Assembly: GCA_043228905.1 (NCBI GenBank) | Contig: JBHGNT010000001.1 | Span: forward strand, 25,792,001 to 25,856,000 | Source of the DNA: Azolla caroliniana | Lineage: Eukaryota; Plantae; Polypodiophyta | DNA length: 64,000 nt | Reading direction: 5' to 3' | Part shown: in pieces, positions 62,501 to 64,000 of the stretch | Position numbering within the stretch: position 1 is the stretch's first letter | How the letters are laid out: the number at the start of each line of letters is the position of its first letter | Translations under genes and position numbers: made by a program | Notes under the pieces: generated by a model | What the model saw: the letters and a program-made list of their open reading frames with translations, nothing else | Told to the model about the DNA's origin: nothing | Databases searched by the model: none

Positions 62501-63256
62501 TTTGTACGTACCAAGAATCAGGCACAAGGTGCCCAACAGTAAGGGATTTTGTATGCTCCTTTTAGCGATACAGATTTTTCTTTTGGAAAGAAAAACATGA
62601 CCTTATAGCAAATTGGCAGAACATTTTGGCCATAGAAACTAAATTTTAAGTATAGGCAAAACAATCAATGTATGCCTGACCTTTTGCATATTTACTAGGA
62701 TATCCATTAGTTTTCAAGACTTACCAGAATACCATTTAGCTTTTACTGCTTGACATTCAAGTATAGGGCTAAACCACCAATTTACAACTTTTTGCATATT
62801 TACTAATATGCCCCTCAGTTTTCAAGAATTTCCAGACAGCACTCAATTTTTACTGCCATACCCTAGACAATGACATTCTATTTTGTTTATAAGAACACAA
62901 AAATTTAAAATGTATAACTCATCTTGTATAATGCCATTAAATCCTAAATTTGACGTGTTCCATTTGAATGTAGGCATTATTAATGTATGGGCTGGTTCGG
63001 ACGGTGACAACCTTTTTCACTACTGTGTGCGTAACAATTCAGAGACGTCATTTAATGGTATACTGCCTTCATTCGTATCTTTTGTTCTTTTGTTCTTTTT
63101 TTGTCGTTTCTAATGTGTTTACTCTCTTACTTGATTGTTGATATTTAGGTATGGGGATTATTTGCTCCAAAATTTGTTTTTGATGCTGCTGGCTTGCTGG
63201 TGACCGACAGCATATTGTTTCTCTTCTATGCATTGTGCCTTCCTCTTCTTAAATAG
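44594..63256 (+). CDS. PIGO: GPI ethanolamine phosphate transferase 3 (PIG-O/Gpi13), 20 exons, 1064 aa
   Basis: Exons 44594-44907, 46535-46572, 46650-46768, 52975-53064, 53182-53301, 53632-53715, 53802-53879, 53970-54095, 54288-54368, 55540-55578, 55660-55715, 56063-56213, 58527-59223, 59344-59435, 60627-61188, 61585-61732, 61825-61866, 61940-62105, 62974-63057, 63149-63256. All introns GT-AG and phase-consistent; total 3195 nt. Motifs [70 protein letters not shown]. Confidence 0.95.
45370..45562. repeat. Tandem duplication, 2 x 95 bp, in PIG-O intron 1
   Basis: Units start at 45370 and 45465; one mismatch seen. Confidence 0.92.
45563..46385 (+). mobile_element. Degenerate 3' fragment of a non-LTR retrotransposon (RTE/RTEX-like)
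   Basis: Decayed C-terminal Cys/His motif near 45740-45850 (IC..CHQG..EEH..FYEIKG..LFKQGF); tail TTCTCAAAGACAAGACAACA..GATGTAATCT..GTTAATATATC shared with 49893-49996. Confidence 0.6.
47529..52947 (+). mobile_element. Element G: full-length decayed Ty1/Copia in PIG-O intron 3, sense orientation
   Basis: TSD ATTAT (47524-47528, 52948-52952); LTRs 47529-47925 and 52484-52947; PBS TGGTATCAGAGC 47926-47937; PPT before 52484; gag, IN, RT and RH ORF fragments 48191-52470. Confidence 0.95.
49690..49998 (+). mobile_element. Two tandem 5'-truncated LINE/SINE 3' ends inserted in G integrase
   Basis: Interrupts MLIID-..RKVWVYF; the unit TTTGGTCTTATAGGCCATTTTGGCCTCTTAAAAGACGTTAATATATC(TTTC)n occurs twice. 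Confidence 0.65.
53103..53160 (+). repeat. Intronic duplicate of the 3' half of PIG-O exon 4 including its donor site
   Basis: GAACAGCTTTAGGGTGGCTGCTATTGTGGAGAACAGCATTATTCACCAG|GT versus 53016-53066; period 87 bp. Confidence 0.85.
59690..60530 (+). mobile_element. Degenerate LINE RT remnant (RTE-like) plus 3' tail in PIG-O intron 14
   Basis: [54 protein letters not shown]; tail AGGCCATTTTGGCCT at 60472-60486. Confidence 0.7.
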
Positions 63257-64000
63257 ACAGTCCAAGTTTTCTTTTGTATATATTCCTTGACCTGTAATAT
63301 TCCTCATATATGGTCCATCATGTTTCCAAGTTTGATGTCACCTTTGTATTGAGATTCCCTCAAATGATGATCTGGGAATTACAAATGATAGTGAGTCAAT
63401 GCTCATAACTAGTAGATGAGCATCCAACAAGACTTACGTGAATATGGGCCATTGCTCTCCAAACCATCAAATGGAGTTCAAGCCACAAAAGGCAATCTAA
63501 CCATAGGGTGCTTGATCATTGTTGTAATATCATTGCCATCATATTCACAGAGACAATCTTGTTCTCGATGTCAATATTTATTTATTGATTTATAATTATT
63601 AATAAATAAAACTTTTACGATACAAACACCTTCCAACATTGGTGCAAACCAAATTTGATAAATAATGCCTGCAGGTAAAACACAGTGACTTATTGGGCGC
63701 TGATTGCTGTCCAATGTAAGTTAGTGTTAAGCATTGTTAAAGAGTTCCAAGAAACCTCCTTTGTTAGTTTAATGTTGGCTTTATGAATTAAAGATGGTTC
63801 CTTTGCAGATGGTCAGTGATTGCTTGATATCCATATTTAAATGAGTGATGTACCCCTTTTGTGCAACAAAAGCCCCTTTCTAGCACCTCATCATTGTGTG
63901 CACCACCTTAAGGTCACCTGTCAATGCACTGGGAAGGTTGGGGTATTTGTCTCGGTCATCTGTGTGACTTTTCTTACTAGAGTATTGCTTGTATATCTTT

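Overview
Eukaryotic (plant) genomic DNA, probably from a seed-free plant such as a fern or lycophyte (inferred from the retroelement lineages, not proven). Bases 1-38098 are a stack of nested LTR retrotransposons. A (1-4459) is a chromodomain Ty3/Gypsy inserted in a minus-strand Copia. 4460-8796 is a zone of joined element fragments. An old Copia B (8797-38098) is split by Copia C (10232-28005, TSD GATGA) and by minus-strand Gypsy F (29706-36752, TSD TCGAG). C's 3' LTR is split by two young Gypsy elements 12 bp apart: D (15234-19800, TSD TGAAG) and E (19813-27631, TSD GCGT). Bases 39423-63256 hold two host genes: a 2-exon stellacyanin-type phytocyanin (211 aa) and a 20-exon GPI ethanolamine-phosphate transferase 3 (PIG-O/Gpi13, 1064 aa), whose introns carry a full-length Copia G (47529-52947) and LINE remnants. 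Best leads: antisense tRNA-like Pol III modules in three different Gypsy LTRs; two -1 frameshift sites with predicted pseudoknots (one between protease and RT); an 8-nt identity between E's LTR-PBS spacer and its target site; a Tf1-style 11-nt self-primer in Gag-deleted D; and a Copia inserted on a predicted branch point of PIG-O. All alignments, counts and RNA structures were read by eye.
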